The notes under the pieces are model-generated. The model worked only from the letters and a program-made list of their open reading frames with translations, searched no databases and was not told the DNA's origin. 64,000 nucleotides of DNA, from assembly GCA_048940925.1 (NCBI GenBank), contig JBHLOC010000001.1, positions 160,001 to 224,000 of the forward strand. The letters run 5' to 3'. The DNA is from Promethearchaeota archaeon. GTDB lineage: Archaea > Asgardarchaeota > Lokiarchaeia > Sigyniarchaeales > SOKP01. Position 1 is the stretch's first letter. Every line of letters begins with the position of its first letter. Positions 28,314-38,582 of the stretch are shown piece after piece. The translations under genes and the position numbers were made by a program.

Positions 28314-29519
28314 ATGAAGTGCTACATCATTGATACTTTGGTCGGTGTATTTGCTCTTGATGAGATAGGAAATACTATAAATTTTATTGATTTTAATAGA
28401 GATAATGAAAGAGTTATAGAATTTTATACAACTTTAGATACAGAACAAATTTTAAATGAATTTAAAGAATTTATTTCAGATTTGAAAAATTCTGGTTTTA
28501 ATATATTTATTTTTGATAATAAGAAAATGGAAAGATTAACTTCTCAGAAGTTAGAAGTATCTACTAAATTAAATTTAACTTCATTGGAATTTAAAAATTA
28601 TAGATTAAATCTAATTGAACAGCTTAAAAAAGTTGGAATAAGTGTATCAAAAGACGAACTCTTGAGTAGATATAAGAAAATTAATGAAGAGTTAATTAAA
28701 AAGAAGGTAAGTGAAGTTGGGGGGCAAAAAGACATAATTATTATTCAAACTAATGAAACATTAGACATTATTAAGAAATCTCTTAGTTTATTCATAGCAC
28801 GACTTAGAGAATGGTATGGATTACATTTCCCAGAATTAACTGATAAAGTTATTGATGATAATATTCTAATCACAAAATTAATCTCAAGTTTAGGGCATAG
28901 AGATAATTATACTATCGATAATCTTAAACAAAACTTTGATTTTAAAGAAAAAAGAATTCAGAATTTACATAGCCAAGCAATTAATTCGATGGGTGCTGAA
29001 ATTGATCTTGAGATTGTCAAGGCTTATGCAAATCAGATACTATCCTTAAATTCTTATATTGAGGAATTAGAGAGTTATTTAGAGGATTTGATGGAAAAAA
29101 CAGCACCTAATCTTAGAGCTATTGTCGGTTCTTTAATAGGAGCTAAACTAATTTCAAAAGCTGGTGGATTAAAAAAGTTAGCTTACATGCCAGCTTCAAG
29201 AATCCAATTATTAGGTGCTGAAAAAGCATTATATCGTTTTTTGAGAACTGGTGAAAAAAGACCTAAGCATGGATTAATATTTCAATGGAATCAAATTAGA
29301 TCAGCTAAACCTTATCACAGGGGAAAAATAGCCCGAATTGTCGCAGGTAAGTTAGGACTTTCTGCTAAAGTTGATTTTTTTTCAGGAGAATTTATTGGGG
29401 ATAGATTGTCACGAGAAATTGAAGAAAAAATAAAGGAAGTTGAAGAAAAATATCCAAATCCTCCCAAAAAGGTAGATAAAGTGAAAAATAAGAAAAAAAG
29501 ATCAAAAAAAAGAAAGTGA
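28314..29519 (+). CDS. nop5: C/D box RNP core protein Nop5 (Nop56/58)
   Basis: LREWYGLHFPEL, PASRIQLLGAEKAL, PKHGLIF, basic tail. Confidence 0.95.
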   Translation: MKCYIIDTLVGVFALDEIGNTINFIDFNRDNERVIEFYTTLDTEQILNEFKEFISDLKNSGFNIFIFDNKKMERLTSQKLEVSTKLNLTSLEFKNYRLNLIEQLKKVGISVSKDELLSRYKKINEELIKKKVSEVGGQKDIIIIQTNETLDIIKKSLSLFIARLREWYGLHFPELTDKVIDDNILITKLISSLGHRDNYTIDNLKQNFDFKEKRIQNLHSQAINSMGAEIDLEIVKAYANQILSLNSYIEELESYLEDLMEKTAPNLRAIVGSLIGAKLISKAGGLKKLAYMPASRIQLLGAEKALYRFLRTGEKRPKHGLIFQWNQIRSAKPYHRGKIARIVAGKLGLSAKVDFFSGEFIGDRLSREIEEKIKEVEEKYPNPPKKVDKVKNKKKRSKKRK

Positions 29520-29536
29520 GGTAAATAAATAGAAAA

Positions 29537-30235
29537 ATGACAAAAACTGAGATTAGAAATCATCCAAAATTTTCTAATGTTTTTATATCCGGCCCTCGAG
29601 AAAAATTAACACTGTATACTAAAAACCTAGATCAAGGTTTTAAGGTTTATGGTGAGAAATTAATAGAATATAAAGGAGAGGAATATAGAGAATGGGATCC
29701 ATTTAGGAGTAAACTAGCAGCTCTAATCTTAGAAAACCCTACTAGAAATTTCTTATCTATTGATTTTAATTGTTTGTATTTGGGTGCATCATCAGGGACA
29801 ACAATCTCCCACCTTTCAGATATCATACCCACAGGAATTATATATGGTGTTGAATTTTCTGAAAGAAGCATCAGACAATTAATTCAGAACACATCAAATA
29901 GAAAGAATATTATTCCAATATTAGGAGATGCTAGAAATCCTGAAAGTTATGCAAAATCAATTTTTACTAAAGTTGATTTAATTTACCAAGATGTTGCTCA
30001 ACCTAATCAAACCGAGATAGCAATTCGTAATTGTAATTATTATTTAAAAGATGGTGGAATATTAATTCTTGCTATAAAATCCCAATCTATAGATAGTATT
30101 CAAAAATCTGAACTTGTTTATGCTAAAGAACAATCTACTCTCAAAAAAGCAGATTATAATCTCATAGAAAGTGTAAATATACATAAATTTGCCGCTAATC
30201 ATATTATATTGATTGCAGAAAAAACATTCACTTAA
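29537..30235 (+). CDS. flpA: Fibrillarin-like rRNA/tRNA 2'-O-methyltransferase
   Basis: VYGE, WDPFRSKLAA, LYLGASSGTT, DVAQP. Confidence 0.96.
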   Translation: MTKTEIRNHPKFSNVFISGPREKLTLYTKNLDQGFKVYGEKLIEYKGEEYREWDPFRSKLAALILENPTRNFLSIDFNCLYLGASSGTTISHLSDIIPTGIIYGVEFSERSIRQLIQNTSNRKNIIPILGDARNPESYAKSIFTKVDLIYQDVAQPNQTEIAIRNCNYYLKDGGILILAIKSQSIDSIQKSELVYAKEQSTLKKADYNLIESVNIHKFAANHIILIAEKTFT

Positions 30236-30927
30236 AAGAATTCAGTTATTTTTCTATTTGCCACCTCTTCATTTAATATATTTTTAGTTGTATCCCATGA
30301 TTTCCTTGCAATTTGTGGTGCTTTTTTATGTTTTTTTACCCATACTCGAAGAAATTCTATAGTTGTTACATCAGAGGGATATCCCGATCCAAATTCTCCA
30401 TACTTTTTTTTTAATTCGTCTATTGAGGTGTCTCTTTTATTTTTTGCAATTATAGATCCAGCTGAAACTATTGGATAAATATCATCAGCTTTATGTTTCG
30501 AAATTATTCTTTTAGGTTTGTAATTTAGTAATTTTTTGATTGACCGACCAAATCTTTCTTCATTTACATCAGCAGCATCAACATATATGATGTCTGGTTT
30601 TAAAATATTAATAATTTCAGCCATTTTTAATTCTTCAAGTCGATTCATCGTAATATTCTTTTCCTTTCTCTGATCTATCTCTTCAGGATCTACTATGATA
30701 ATTTTATAGGAATAACAATTGTTTTTGATAAGTTTAGATAATTGACTCCTCCTTTTGGTTGATAATTTTTTTGAATCTTTAACCCCAATTTCAGATAAAA
30801 ATTCTAATTTATGATTAGTAAAACAGACGCCACAAATAACCATAGGACCTAAGACAGAGCCTTTTAACATATAATTCGATCTGAATTATTTTCTGCCAGC
30901 CTCGTCTATACCACAAATTACTTCCAA
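30232..30927 (-). CDS. rnhB: Ribonuclease HII, split by a 30-nt intron; join(30893-30927, 30232-30862), 221 aa
   Basis: Exon 1 (TTG) reads EVICGIDEAGR; exon 2 reads GSVLGPMV..KDSKKL..KAD..GSGYPSD; the insert carries an in-frame TAA. Confidence 0.92.
30863..30892 (-). other. BHB-type intron in rnhB
   Basis: Helix UGGC/GUUA, bulges AGA and AAA, intron stem AUAAUUC/GAAUUAU, exon stem AGAC-GAG/CUC-U-GUCU. Confidence 0.88.
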
Positions 30928-30934
30928 CTTTTCA

Positions 30935-31933
30935 TCAAGATTCTTGTATGAGTTCAATGAATTCTTCCTCATCATCAATTTTTTCTAAATTCTTTATTTT
31001 AACAATATGTATATCATCTTTTTTTATTAAGGCTGGAATTTTTACATGGTTATTGACAATAAATAGAGCTGTTTTATGGAATAACTCATTAAACATCTTT
31101 AAACATCGAAAATTCATTTGATTTATATTTTTCTGCTCCTCAGAGATAGCTGAAAACAGAGGATAAAAGCCCTCTTCAGTTTTTTCAATCGAAGAAAACA
31201 ATGATAATTTAAAGGGTATTGAGCCTTTCTTATACCAATATGCGGACAATCCTATATCGTCTATTATTGAATTTACACGTGATTCAAAATCACTTAACTC
31301 TTTTTCTTCTTGATTTTCAATATCTCTTTGATGAGAATTAATTTTCCATTTAAAGATATTAATCTTTTTGAAAATTTCATTATTATCTAGTATATTTAAT
31401 ATTTTTATGGCAATTTGATCTGAGGGTCGCATACTTTCGTTTTCATAAGCACTTATTGTCCTCTTAGTAACGCCTAGTTTTTCAGATAATTCCTTTCTTG
31501 TTATTAATTGTTTTTCTCTTATTGTTTTCATCAATATACCGTCTAAAAAGACTACACCGCCACCTCTTCTTGCTAAAATATAGGGGTATATATTTTTATT
31601 TAGAATTTTCTCAAAAGTATTTAATGTTATAAAAGGCAAACCTTCTCTTACATATATTGTATTATCCTCTAAGTTTTGGTATCGATTCTTGATGCCAATC
31701 AATAATGGTTTTGATTTTAATATAAATGATAATTGTTTAATATCTCGGATGAGGTCAGGATTTAAATTATCTATATTAGGAAAGACTTTAAGGCTAAAAA
31801 CTTGATCATTCTTTTTTACTAATAAATCAAAACAAAATTTTGTCTTTTTGCTAGCAAAATTTCCTATATTTAAGGTTTCAAAGTTCGCCTTCTTCAGTAA
31901 ATCATCAATCTTCTCTATGACTGTACTTATCAT
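30935..31933 (-). CDS. Archaeal XRE-type HTH transcriptional regulator
   Basis: RRGGGVVFLDG, ELSEKLGVTKRTISAYEN. Confidence 0.8.
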   Translation of the reverse strand: MISTVIEKIDDLLKKANFETLNIGNFASKKTKFCFDLLVKKNDQVFSLKVFPNIDNLNPDLIRDIKQLSFILKSKPLLIGIKNRYQNLEDNTIYVREGLPFITLNTFEKILNKNIYPYILARRGGGVVFLDGILMKTIREKQLITRKELSEKLGVTKRTISAYENESMRPSDQIAIKILNILDNNEIFKKINIFKWKINSHQRDIENQEEKELSDFESRVNSIIDDIGLSAYWYKKGSIPFKLSLFSSIEKTEEGFYPLFSAISEEQKNINQMNFRCLKMFNELFHKTALFIVNNHVKIPALIKKDDIHIVKIKNLEKIDDEEEFIELIQES

Positions 31934-32051
31934 CGATTACTAGTACTTTATTTATATAAAAAAAAATAATTTCTTTTAAGATTATAATATTTTGAAACTT
32001 TTTTAATTTATTTCTGTTATTCAATCATTAAAAAAATGATCAAGTATCTAT

Positions 32052-32624
32052 TTAATAATTATTTGTAAGCTTAAGAAGATCGGCATCTGTAATTATCCCC
32101 ACAAAATTATAATTTTCGTCTTTTACTAAAACTGCAGGATAATTTTCAAGTAAATTAGAAATATCTTTAATACCCCAATCTTTATTTACCTCTGGAAAGG
32201 GTAATTCTTTTATAAGAGAAACATCTCCATTTATAATTTTAGGATTATCGGTTATCACTTTTTGAATTTTTTTTGAGGTTAAACTTCCTAAATTTTGTTG
32301 TTTTTCTAAGATGGGAAGCTGTGATATACCATGTATATTCATGAGATCTGCAGCATCTCTTATTGAAGAAGTAGGTTTAATAGATATGATATTTCTTATC
32401 ATGATATCTTCAGCTTGTTTTTTCATTTTTTTACGTGCTTTACGTTCCCCTTCTAAATATTCATATATTAATTTAATTTTAGAATAGGGTGGATCTATAC
32501 TTCCATTCTCAATCCTAGAAATTGTTGATTGTGGAATATTTAACTTTTCTCCCAATTTATTTTGTGTTATTCCCAACTTTTTCCTTAAATATCTAATTTC
32601 AGTTAAATGTGGGAAATCCTTCAT
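32052..32624 (-). CDS. HTH + CBS domain regulator
   Basis: GITQ..QSTISRIENGSIDP, ISQLPI, GIITDADLL. Confidence 0.88.
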   Translation of the reverse strand: MKDFPHLTEIRYLRKKLGITQNKLGEKLNIPQSTISRIENGSIDPPYSKIKLIYEYLEGERKARKKMKKQAEDIMIRNIISIKPTSSIRDAADLMNIHGISQLPILEKQQNLGSLTSKKIQKVITDNPKIINGDVSLIKELPFPEVNKDWGIKDISNLLENYPAVLVKDENYNFVGIITDADLLKLTNNY

Positions 32625-32812
32625 TTTCTTATGATATTTTTTTATGCATATTAAGCATATTATAATGATAAAATATTTATAAAAATTATTTATTTTTAAC
32701 TAATATAAACTATGTTTAAAGTATTTTTCTTTTGATAATGGTTTTAACAAATAGTTAATTTAAAAATATAGACTAGTGAACTTTTTATTAAATTAAGAAG
32801 ATGGCATAAAAC

Positions 32813-34060
32813 ATGTTAAAAATTGAACAATTAGATCTTAAATTCGCTGTTGAAAGTTCTAATTTTCCCGAACTTGTTGAAAGAAAAGGAATCGGTCATC
32901 CAGATAGTGTATGCGATGCTGTTGCTGATGCGTGTTCTAGGGCGCTTTGTGCCTATTATTTAAAAAAATTTGATCGTGTTTATCATCATAATGTTGATAA
33001 GGCTGCACTTGTAGGAGGGGTTGCTAAACCAGAGTTTGGTGGGGGATTAATTATCCAACCACAATACTTTTTAATAGTTGGAAGGGCTATTAATCAATTA
33101 TTAACGGAATGCGCTCCTGGAGAGAATAAAATGGAATATATTCCCATTGCAACTATATGTCTTGAAACTTCACGTGAAGTCGTGGGGAAAATATTCCGAA
33201 ATCTTGATCTAAATAGGGATATACAATTTGATACTGCCATAAGACCAGGTTCTACTGATCTAACTGGTTTATTCGATGAATCTCATCACTCTGAAGAAGT
33301 TCCCCTGGCAAATGATACGAGTTTTGGAGTTGGTTACGCCCCTTATTCAGATTCGGAAAAAATAACTCTTGAAGCTGAAAAGTTGATAAATTCCGATAAA
33401 TTTAAGGATAAATGTAGAGCCTCAGGTGAAGATATTAAGGTTATGACTGAAAGAGTTGGTAATAATGTAGGAATAACAGTAGCTGCGGCAATGATTAGCA
33501 AATATATTAGTGATATTGATGAATACGTTAATTACACTAATCAGATTAAAGATGCTGTTTTAGATTTAGCATCAGATATAATTCCAGAACGGGAAGTCAC
33601 TTGTGAAGTAAATGTAGCTGATATACTCCAAAAAAACTTGATCTATTTAACTATGACCGGAACAAGTGCAGAAAGTGGAGATGATGGCGAAGTAGGCCGT
33701 GGTAATAGGTCGAATGGTTTAATTACTCCATGTCGTCCTATGAGCTTAGAAGCTGTGTGTGGCAAAAATCCAATTAATCATGTAGGGAAGATTTATAACA
33801 TTCTTAGCACAAAAATGGCAAGAGAAATTTATAAACGAGGACAAGGGGATATTGTTGAAGTATATGTCAAATTATTAAGTCAAATTGGTCATAAGATTAC
33901 GGAACCATGGGTAAATTCAATAAACCTTATTCCTGCTGAAAATGTAAATTTCTCTAGTGTTAAAAGTATCGCTAAAGAAGTGGCAGAAGAAATGTTGAGT
34001 GTTGATCATTTAATAGAATTAAGAAAACGTCTTATAGCTGGAAAGGAACAGGTTTTTTAA
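32813..34060 (+). CDS. mat: S-adenosylmethionine synthetase (archaeal type)
   Basis: [49 protein letters not shown]. Confidence 0.96.
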   Translation: MLKIEQLDLKFAVESSNFPELVERKGIGHPDSVCDAVADACSRALCAYYLKKFDRVYHHNVDKAALVGGVAKPEFGGGLIIQPQYFLIVGRAINQLLTECAPGENKMEYIPIATICLETSREVVGKIFRNLDLNRDIQFDTAIRPGSTDLTGLFDESHHSEEVPLANDTSFGVGYAPYSDSEKITLEAEKLINSDKFKDKCRASGEDIKVMTERVGNNVGITVAAAMISKYISDIDEYVNYTNQIKDAVLDLASDIIPEREVTCEVNVADILQKNLIYLTMTGTSAESGDDGEVGRGNRSNGLITPCRPMSLEAVCGKNPINHVGKIYNILSTKMAREIYKRGQGDIVEVYVKLLSQIGHKITEPWVNSINLIPAENVNFSSVKSIAKEVAEEMLSVDHLIELRKRLIAGKEQVF

Positions 34061-34198
34061 AAGTTTATTCGGAATACACAAATTTTTATTTTTTTTTCTT
34101 TTTAATTTATTAGATTCTATTTAAAAGAAGATATTATTTATTTATATCCTTTTTAGAATCCTTATTAGTAATAAACTATATTTAAGAAGTGAAATTAA

Positions 34199-34459
34199 AT
34201 GGGTTTAGACAAATGGCTTAAATCAGAAGATCAAGCAAATAAAAAAAGTAAAAATAAACGAGCTCCTGTTCAAGCTAAAAAAAATAAAAACATTAATTAT
34301 CAAAGCGAAATTCCTGAAATCCAAACAATAAAGCTAAAAAAATATATACTTGTGTGCCCAAGAGCAAAATGTAAATATCAAAAAATAATAATGAAAAAAA
34401 AATTAACTGAAACTGATAGAACATGCCCTAAATGTAATGGGGAAATGATAATTAAATGA
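34199..34459 (+). CDS. Small Zn-ribbon protein
   Basis: CPRAKC...CPKCNG. Confidence 0.65.
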   Translation: MGLDKWLKSEDQANKKSKNKRAPVQAKKNKNINYQSEIPEIQTIKLKKYILVCPRAKCKYQKIIMKKKLTETDRTCPKCNGEMIIK

Positions 34460-34506
34460 AAAAACTGTTACATTAAAAAAGTTTATTGGTTATACTCCTA
34501 TATTCC

Positions 34507-34719
34507 TCAAGTGCCTAAATCAAATTGTTTTTCACAATTGGGGCAAACCCAAGGTTGAAATAATCTTAAAATAAAGTATATTATAAAACCAAATCCAAGA
34601 GTTAGAAGTACCATGAAGCAAAGCACCTCATGGTAAATATGATCGAAGTTTTTGCGATGTAATACAATTTCTCGTTCGCAGACATCACAATATACTAATT
34701 TTTTTGATTTTTTGATCAT
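34507..34719 (-). CDS. LITAF-like membrane-associated Zn-finger protein
   Basis: CDVC - hydrophobic stretch - CPNC; AAGTGA upstream. Confidence 0.6.
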   Translation of the reverse strand: MIKKSKKLVYCDVCEREIVLHRKNFDHIYHEVLCFMVLLTLGFGFIIYFILRLFQPWVCPNCEKQFDLGT

Positions 34720-34805
34720 ATATCACTTCTTTTAGAGATTAATTAACATATGGTAATTAATTGTATTAAATAAAAATTATTTGGTGAGAATTCTTGAAAA
34801 AAAAA

Positions 34806-34964
34806 TTATTTAAATCCCCTAAAAATAGGTTTTTTTTCTGATTCTTTCTTTTTTTTTTCTCCAGAGGTTAAAATATCCCATGTGCTAGTTACACCCATTT
34901 CTTCTAATTTCTTACGTTCAAGCTCTAAATTTTCCTCTTCTTCCTCATTTTCTTCTTCACTCAT
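34806..34964 (-). CDS. Unannotated 52-aa acidic/basic small protein
   Basis: MSEEENEEEEENLELERKKLEEMGVTSTWDILTSGEKKKKESEKKPIFRGFK; clean ATG..TAA; GTGG upstream. Confidence 0.6.
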   Translation of the reverse strand: MSEEENEEEEENLELERKKLEEMGVTSTWDILTSGEKKKKESEKKPIFRGFK

Positions 34965-35184
34965 AACAACCACATAAAATATCCTTAATTATACTAAATT
35001 ATTAGTCTTCTTATTAAAATAATTTTCTTAAAATTTTATCAATTAATTTTTAAGAAGGTTGAAATTATTAATTTAAAAAAAGTCAAGAATAACATACTCA
35101 ATAAAATTTTATATCTTTATTTTTATAATTAATTAAAAAACTCTTATTAATAAGTAATTTAAAATTAATCATAGGGTAATTAGA

Positions 35185-36177
35185 ATGGTAAAATGTGCTC
35201 ATTGTGGAGATGATATTATTGGAGAACCATTTTATTGCAGTGATTGTGGACAAAATTATTGTTCATTTCATAAAGAACCTATAAATCATGAGTGTAAATT
35301 TGTAAAGTCAAGATTTAGGACTCAAGAAATGCAATCAACTGTACCTTCTTATATAAACGTTTCACAGATTCCCTATAATTCACAAGAACGAGGAGCTCAA
35401 CAACAACCGTCGACCAGTAATATAAGAGGAACAACTGATGGGACTTACACATGGTATCGTCAGGAAGCTCAAGTCCCTGAAAATGCGTTTGATCCTGATT
35501 CAGGTATCAAATTTAAGGGAATTTTATTCCCTCATACTTCAGAATTTTTGCATTTTATAATTGGGGTTTCTCTGATTTTTACTATAGGCTTTTTAAATTT
35601 TTATCCTAATCTCATTAATACTGGCTATGAGTGGGGAATATTCATGTTAGCAGGTTTTTACGCTACAGCGTTTCTTTTTCATGAATTTGGGCATAGACAG
35701 GTAGCAATTCATTTTGACCTTCAAACTAAATTTCGATTATTAACTTTTGGGATGATTTTAACTGTTTTTGGTATTATAACTGGTTTATATGGTTTAGTGG
35801 TTGGTGGTGCCGCATTACCTACATTAGCTCTTCCCGGTGCTGTTGTAGTTTTAGGGTTAGATAAGGTAGATAGAACAACCGGTTTATGTAAAGCAGCAGG
35901 ACCTACTATCAATCTAGTTTATGGTACTATACTTCTGATAGCATCATTTTTGATTCCAACTCAATTATATCCGCTGAATATGTTTGTTGGGTATGCTGCG
36001 AATTTGAATTATATACTGGGAGCATTCAATATGATTCCATTAGGAATCCTAGACGGTCAAAATATTTGGAAATGGAATAAAAAAGTCTATCTCCTATTGA
36101 TTGGATTACTTTTAATCTTACTGATTGTTACATTTATTTTTATTTACGCTCCAATTGAAAGTAATCCCTATTTGTAA
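35185..36177 (+). CDS. AN1-type Zn finger + M50 (site-2) metalloprotease
   Basis: CAHC..CSDC..CSFH..HEC; HEFGH; AAGP; FNMIP..LDG. Confidence 0.88.
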   Translation: MVKCAHCGDDIIGEPFYCSDCGQNYCSFHKEPINHECKFVKSRFRTQEMQSTVPSYINVSQIPYNSQERGAQQQPSTSNIRGTTDGTYTWYRQEAQVPENAFDPDSGIKFKGILFPHTSEFLHFIIGVSLIFTIGFLNFYPNLINTGYEWGIFMLAGFYATAFLFHEFGHRQVAIHFDLQTKFRLLTFGMILTVFGIITGLYGLVVGGAALPTLALPGAVVVLGLDKVDRTTGLCKAAGPTINLVYGTILLIASFLIPTQLYPLNMFVGYAANLNYILGAFNMIPLGILDGQNIWKWNKKVYLLLIGLLLILLIVTFIFIYAPIESNPYL

Positions 36178-36360
36178 ATATGAATTTACATAGTCAATTA
36201 ATTTTTATATATGTTTCTTAGAAAAGAAATCTTACAAGTAGAAGAAAAATAGTGGTAAAAATTATGAAGGATAATAATTTAAAATTATTATATTCTTAAA
36301 TTTTATATAAATTTAATAACAAACTGTTCAACTAATAAAAGCATTATTTGGTGATTTAAA

Positions 36361-37311
36361 GTAACTTATTGTGAATTCTGTGGTGAATTAATCGGTTATC
36401 TTCCGTTCACATGTAAATATTGTGGGGGGACTTTTTGTAAAAAACACAGATTACCTGAGAATCATGATTGTTCTTTTGAATTGAAACATGTCCCAATCTC
36501 AACACCGGGTTCAAAAGAAACTCGTCGACGTTATCAAGATGCAGTTATAGAAAAACCAATTCCTAGAGGATATTTAGAAAAAGGTCCAAAATCATTAAAA
36601 AAGTATTTAAAAAGACAAAATAGACAAAGAAGAGAAGCAACGCGAAGTTATCAAGCTTATAAAAGACCTTATAAAAAAAAGATACAATACCGAGGTACTA
36701 AAACCTTATTTTTGATGATTTCATTATTCTCAATTGTTGCTTTGTTTTTTGCTTCTACCCCATTAGATAATTATATTTATTTAAGTCTTAATGGTCTTAT
36801 TTATGAATATACATTCCATACTCTATTTACAGCACTTTTCATTAGTGCTAAAGATATTTTTGGGATATTCATTTTGTTTATCATGTTGTATATTTTATAT
36901 TTTATGACAAGAACTATCGAATTAAGCCTTGGTACAAAATTTTTAATAAAGTTATACTTAATATCTTGTTTATTTACAGCACTATTTTATTTCTTGTTAA
37001 GAATCTCATTAGTTTCTCTTTATCCGTTAGAAATTTACTCAATTTCAGTAGGATTGGCTTGGGGTGGAATACTTGGTTTGATATCTTATTCTCTCTTTCC
37101 AATAATGAACAAGGAAATTACTGCTTTAATGTATTTTCTTCCAATTAGAATGAAAGGAAGATCTTTTTTGCTAATCATTATATTGTTTAGATTTTTAGGA
37201 TTAATCTTTGTATTTTATTATGGATTATATTATATCCTATATTCTTTGCCAGATTTAGGAGGGATTCTTGGAGCCTATATAATATATAAATACCAATTTA
37301 AACGTCGATGA
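36361..37311 (+). CDS. AN1-type Zn finger + rhomboid-like (probably inactive) membrane protein; apparent GTA start
   Basis: The frame upstream of the ORF-track start reads [37 protein letters not shown]; the TM region has IELSLG, GLAWGG and DLGG. Confidence 0.75.
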   Translation, partial: VTYCEFCGELIGYLPFTCKYCGGTFCKKHRLPENHDCSFELKHVPISTPGSKETRRRYQDAVIEKPIPRGYLEKGPKSLKKYLKRQNRQRREATRSYQAYKRPYKKKIQYRGTKTLFLMISLFSIVALFFASTPLDNYIYLSLNGLIYEYTFHTLFTALFISAKDIFGIFILFIMLYILYFMTRTIELSLGTKFLIKLYLISCLFTALFYFLLRISLVSLYPLEIYSISVGLAWGGILGLISYSLFPIMNKEITALMYFLPIRMKGRSFLLIIILFRFLGLIFVFYYGLYYILYSLPDLGGILGAYIIYKYQFKRR

Positions 37312-37411
37312 TACTCTTTTTGATTTATATTAAAATTAATAATAAATATCAAGGATTATAACTTTATTTTCATATCTCTTTAGATTTTAAGAAATAAATT
37401 TAAATTTTAAG

Positions 37412-38068
37412 ATGCCTGAAAAAGAAATTTCAAATATTATAGAGTTAAATGAGGATTTAATTGAAAATAACGAGAGATTGGCAATTCAAAATAGAAATTT
37501 ATTTAAGAAAAAAAATATAAAATCTATAGATTTTGTAGGAGCAATAGGGGCGGGAAAAACTGCAGTTATAGAGAGTATTGTAAAAAGAATTTTAAAAGAT
37601 TATAGGATTCTTGTAATAAATGGTGATGTAACTTCTAGAATAGATGCTGACCGTATTGAAAAACATGGTGTAAAAACAATTCAAGTTAATACTGGTCGTG
37701 AGTGTGCCTTAAATTCATATCATATCTCTCAGGTTATAAAAAATTATGATTTAAATGAAATTGATTTATTACTCATAGAAAATGTTGGAAATTTAATCTG
37801 TCCATCTGATTTCATTTTAGGTGCTGAGAAAAGAGTAGTCATAGTGTCAATAACTGAAGGTCCTTGGGTTATACGCAAACATCCAATGTTATTTAAAATG
37901 TCCCACATAGCTGTGATAAATAAAATTGATTTACAAGATGTTATGGATGTAAATATTGACGATATGATAAAAGATGCTAAATGCATCAATCCAGATCTTA
38001 AAATTTTTACTACAAGCGTTTTGACAGGAGAGAACATCTCGGAGCTTATAAAAGAGATTTTGAATTAA
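37412..38068 (+). CDS. hypB: Hydrogenase nickel incorporation GTPase
   Basis: GAGKT, NTGREC, ENVGNLICP, NKID. Confidence 0.9.
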   Translation: MPEKEISNIIELNEDLIENNERLAIQNRNLFKKKNIKSIDFVGAIGAGKTAVIESIVKRILKDYRILVINGDVTSRIDADRIEKHGVKTIQVNTGRECALNSYHISQVIKNYDLNEIDLLLIENVGNLICPSDFILGAEKRVVIVSITEGPWVIRKHPMLFKMSHIAVINKIDLQDVMDVNIDDMIKDAKCINPDLKIFTTSVLTGENISELIKEILN

Positions 38069-38130
38069 TAGACTTAAGATTAAAAAAAATAAGATAAATA
38101 TAATATATAATATAAAATTGCTGATCTATC

Positions 38131-38550
38131 ATGTCACTTAGACAGTATAATACAGAATTAGGAACTTTAATCGATAAAATCGTTAAAGTGTATGTTGATA
38201 AAGATAAATTTTTTGTTGGACAGTTAAAAGGAATTTCAGAAGATTCAAATCTTATTCTAATTAATGCTAAAAACGAAAAAAATAAATCATTTCCCAAATT
38301 GTTTATCAGAAATAATTATTACAATTTTGTGAGTTTAGAAGAGGAGCCTTTTCCTATGCAGGCTCTTTCCGATAGAATAGCAAGCATATTTTCGAAAGGA
38401 CATGTAGATTATATTGAAGACCAGAACATTATATCAATATTAAGTGGTAAAATTATTGTAGATGAAAAAGGAGTAAGAGGAGAAGGACCTTCAGCTGACA
38501 GAGTTAGAAAAATTTATGAACAGTTTAAAATGGATTTAGAAATAGATTAA
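38131..38550 (+). CDS. Lsm/Sm-like protein with C-terminal extension (SmAP3-like)
   Basis: Sm1 FVGQLKG...NLILINA, Sm2 LFIR, extra C-terminal domain. Confidence 0.75.
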   Translation: MSLRQYNTELGTLIDKIVKVYVDKDKFFVGQLKGISEDSNLILINAKNEKNKSFPKLFIRNNYYNFVSLEEEPFPMQALSDRIASIFSKGHVDYIEDQNIISILSGKIIVDEKGVRGEGPSADRVRKIYEQFKMDLEID

Positions 38551-38582
38551 ATTTTTTTCGTTTTTATAATATTTTAATTATC

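Noticed and set aside
30863-30892. Stop-codon readthrough or selenocysteine in rnhB
   Set aside because: The stop is TAA, not TGA, and readthrough would insert 10 residues into the DEAGRG active-site motif
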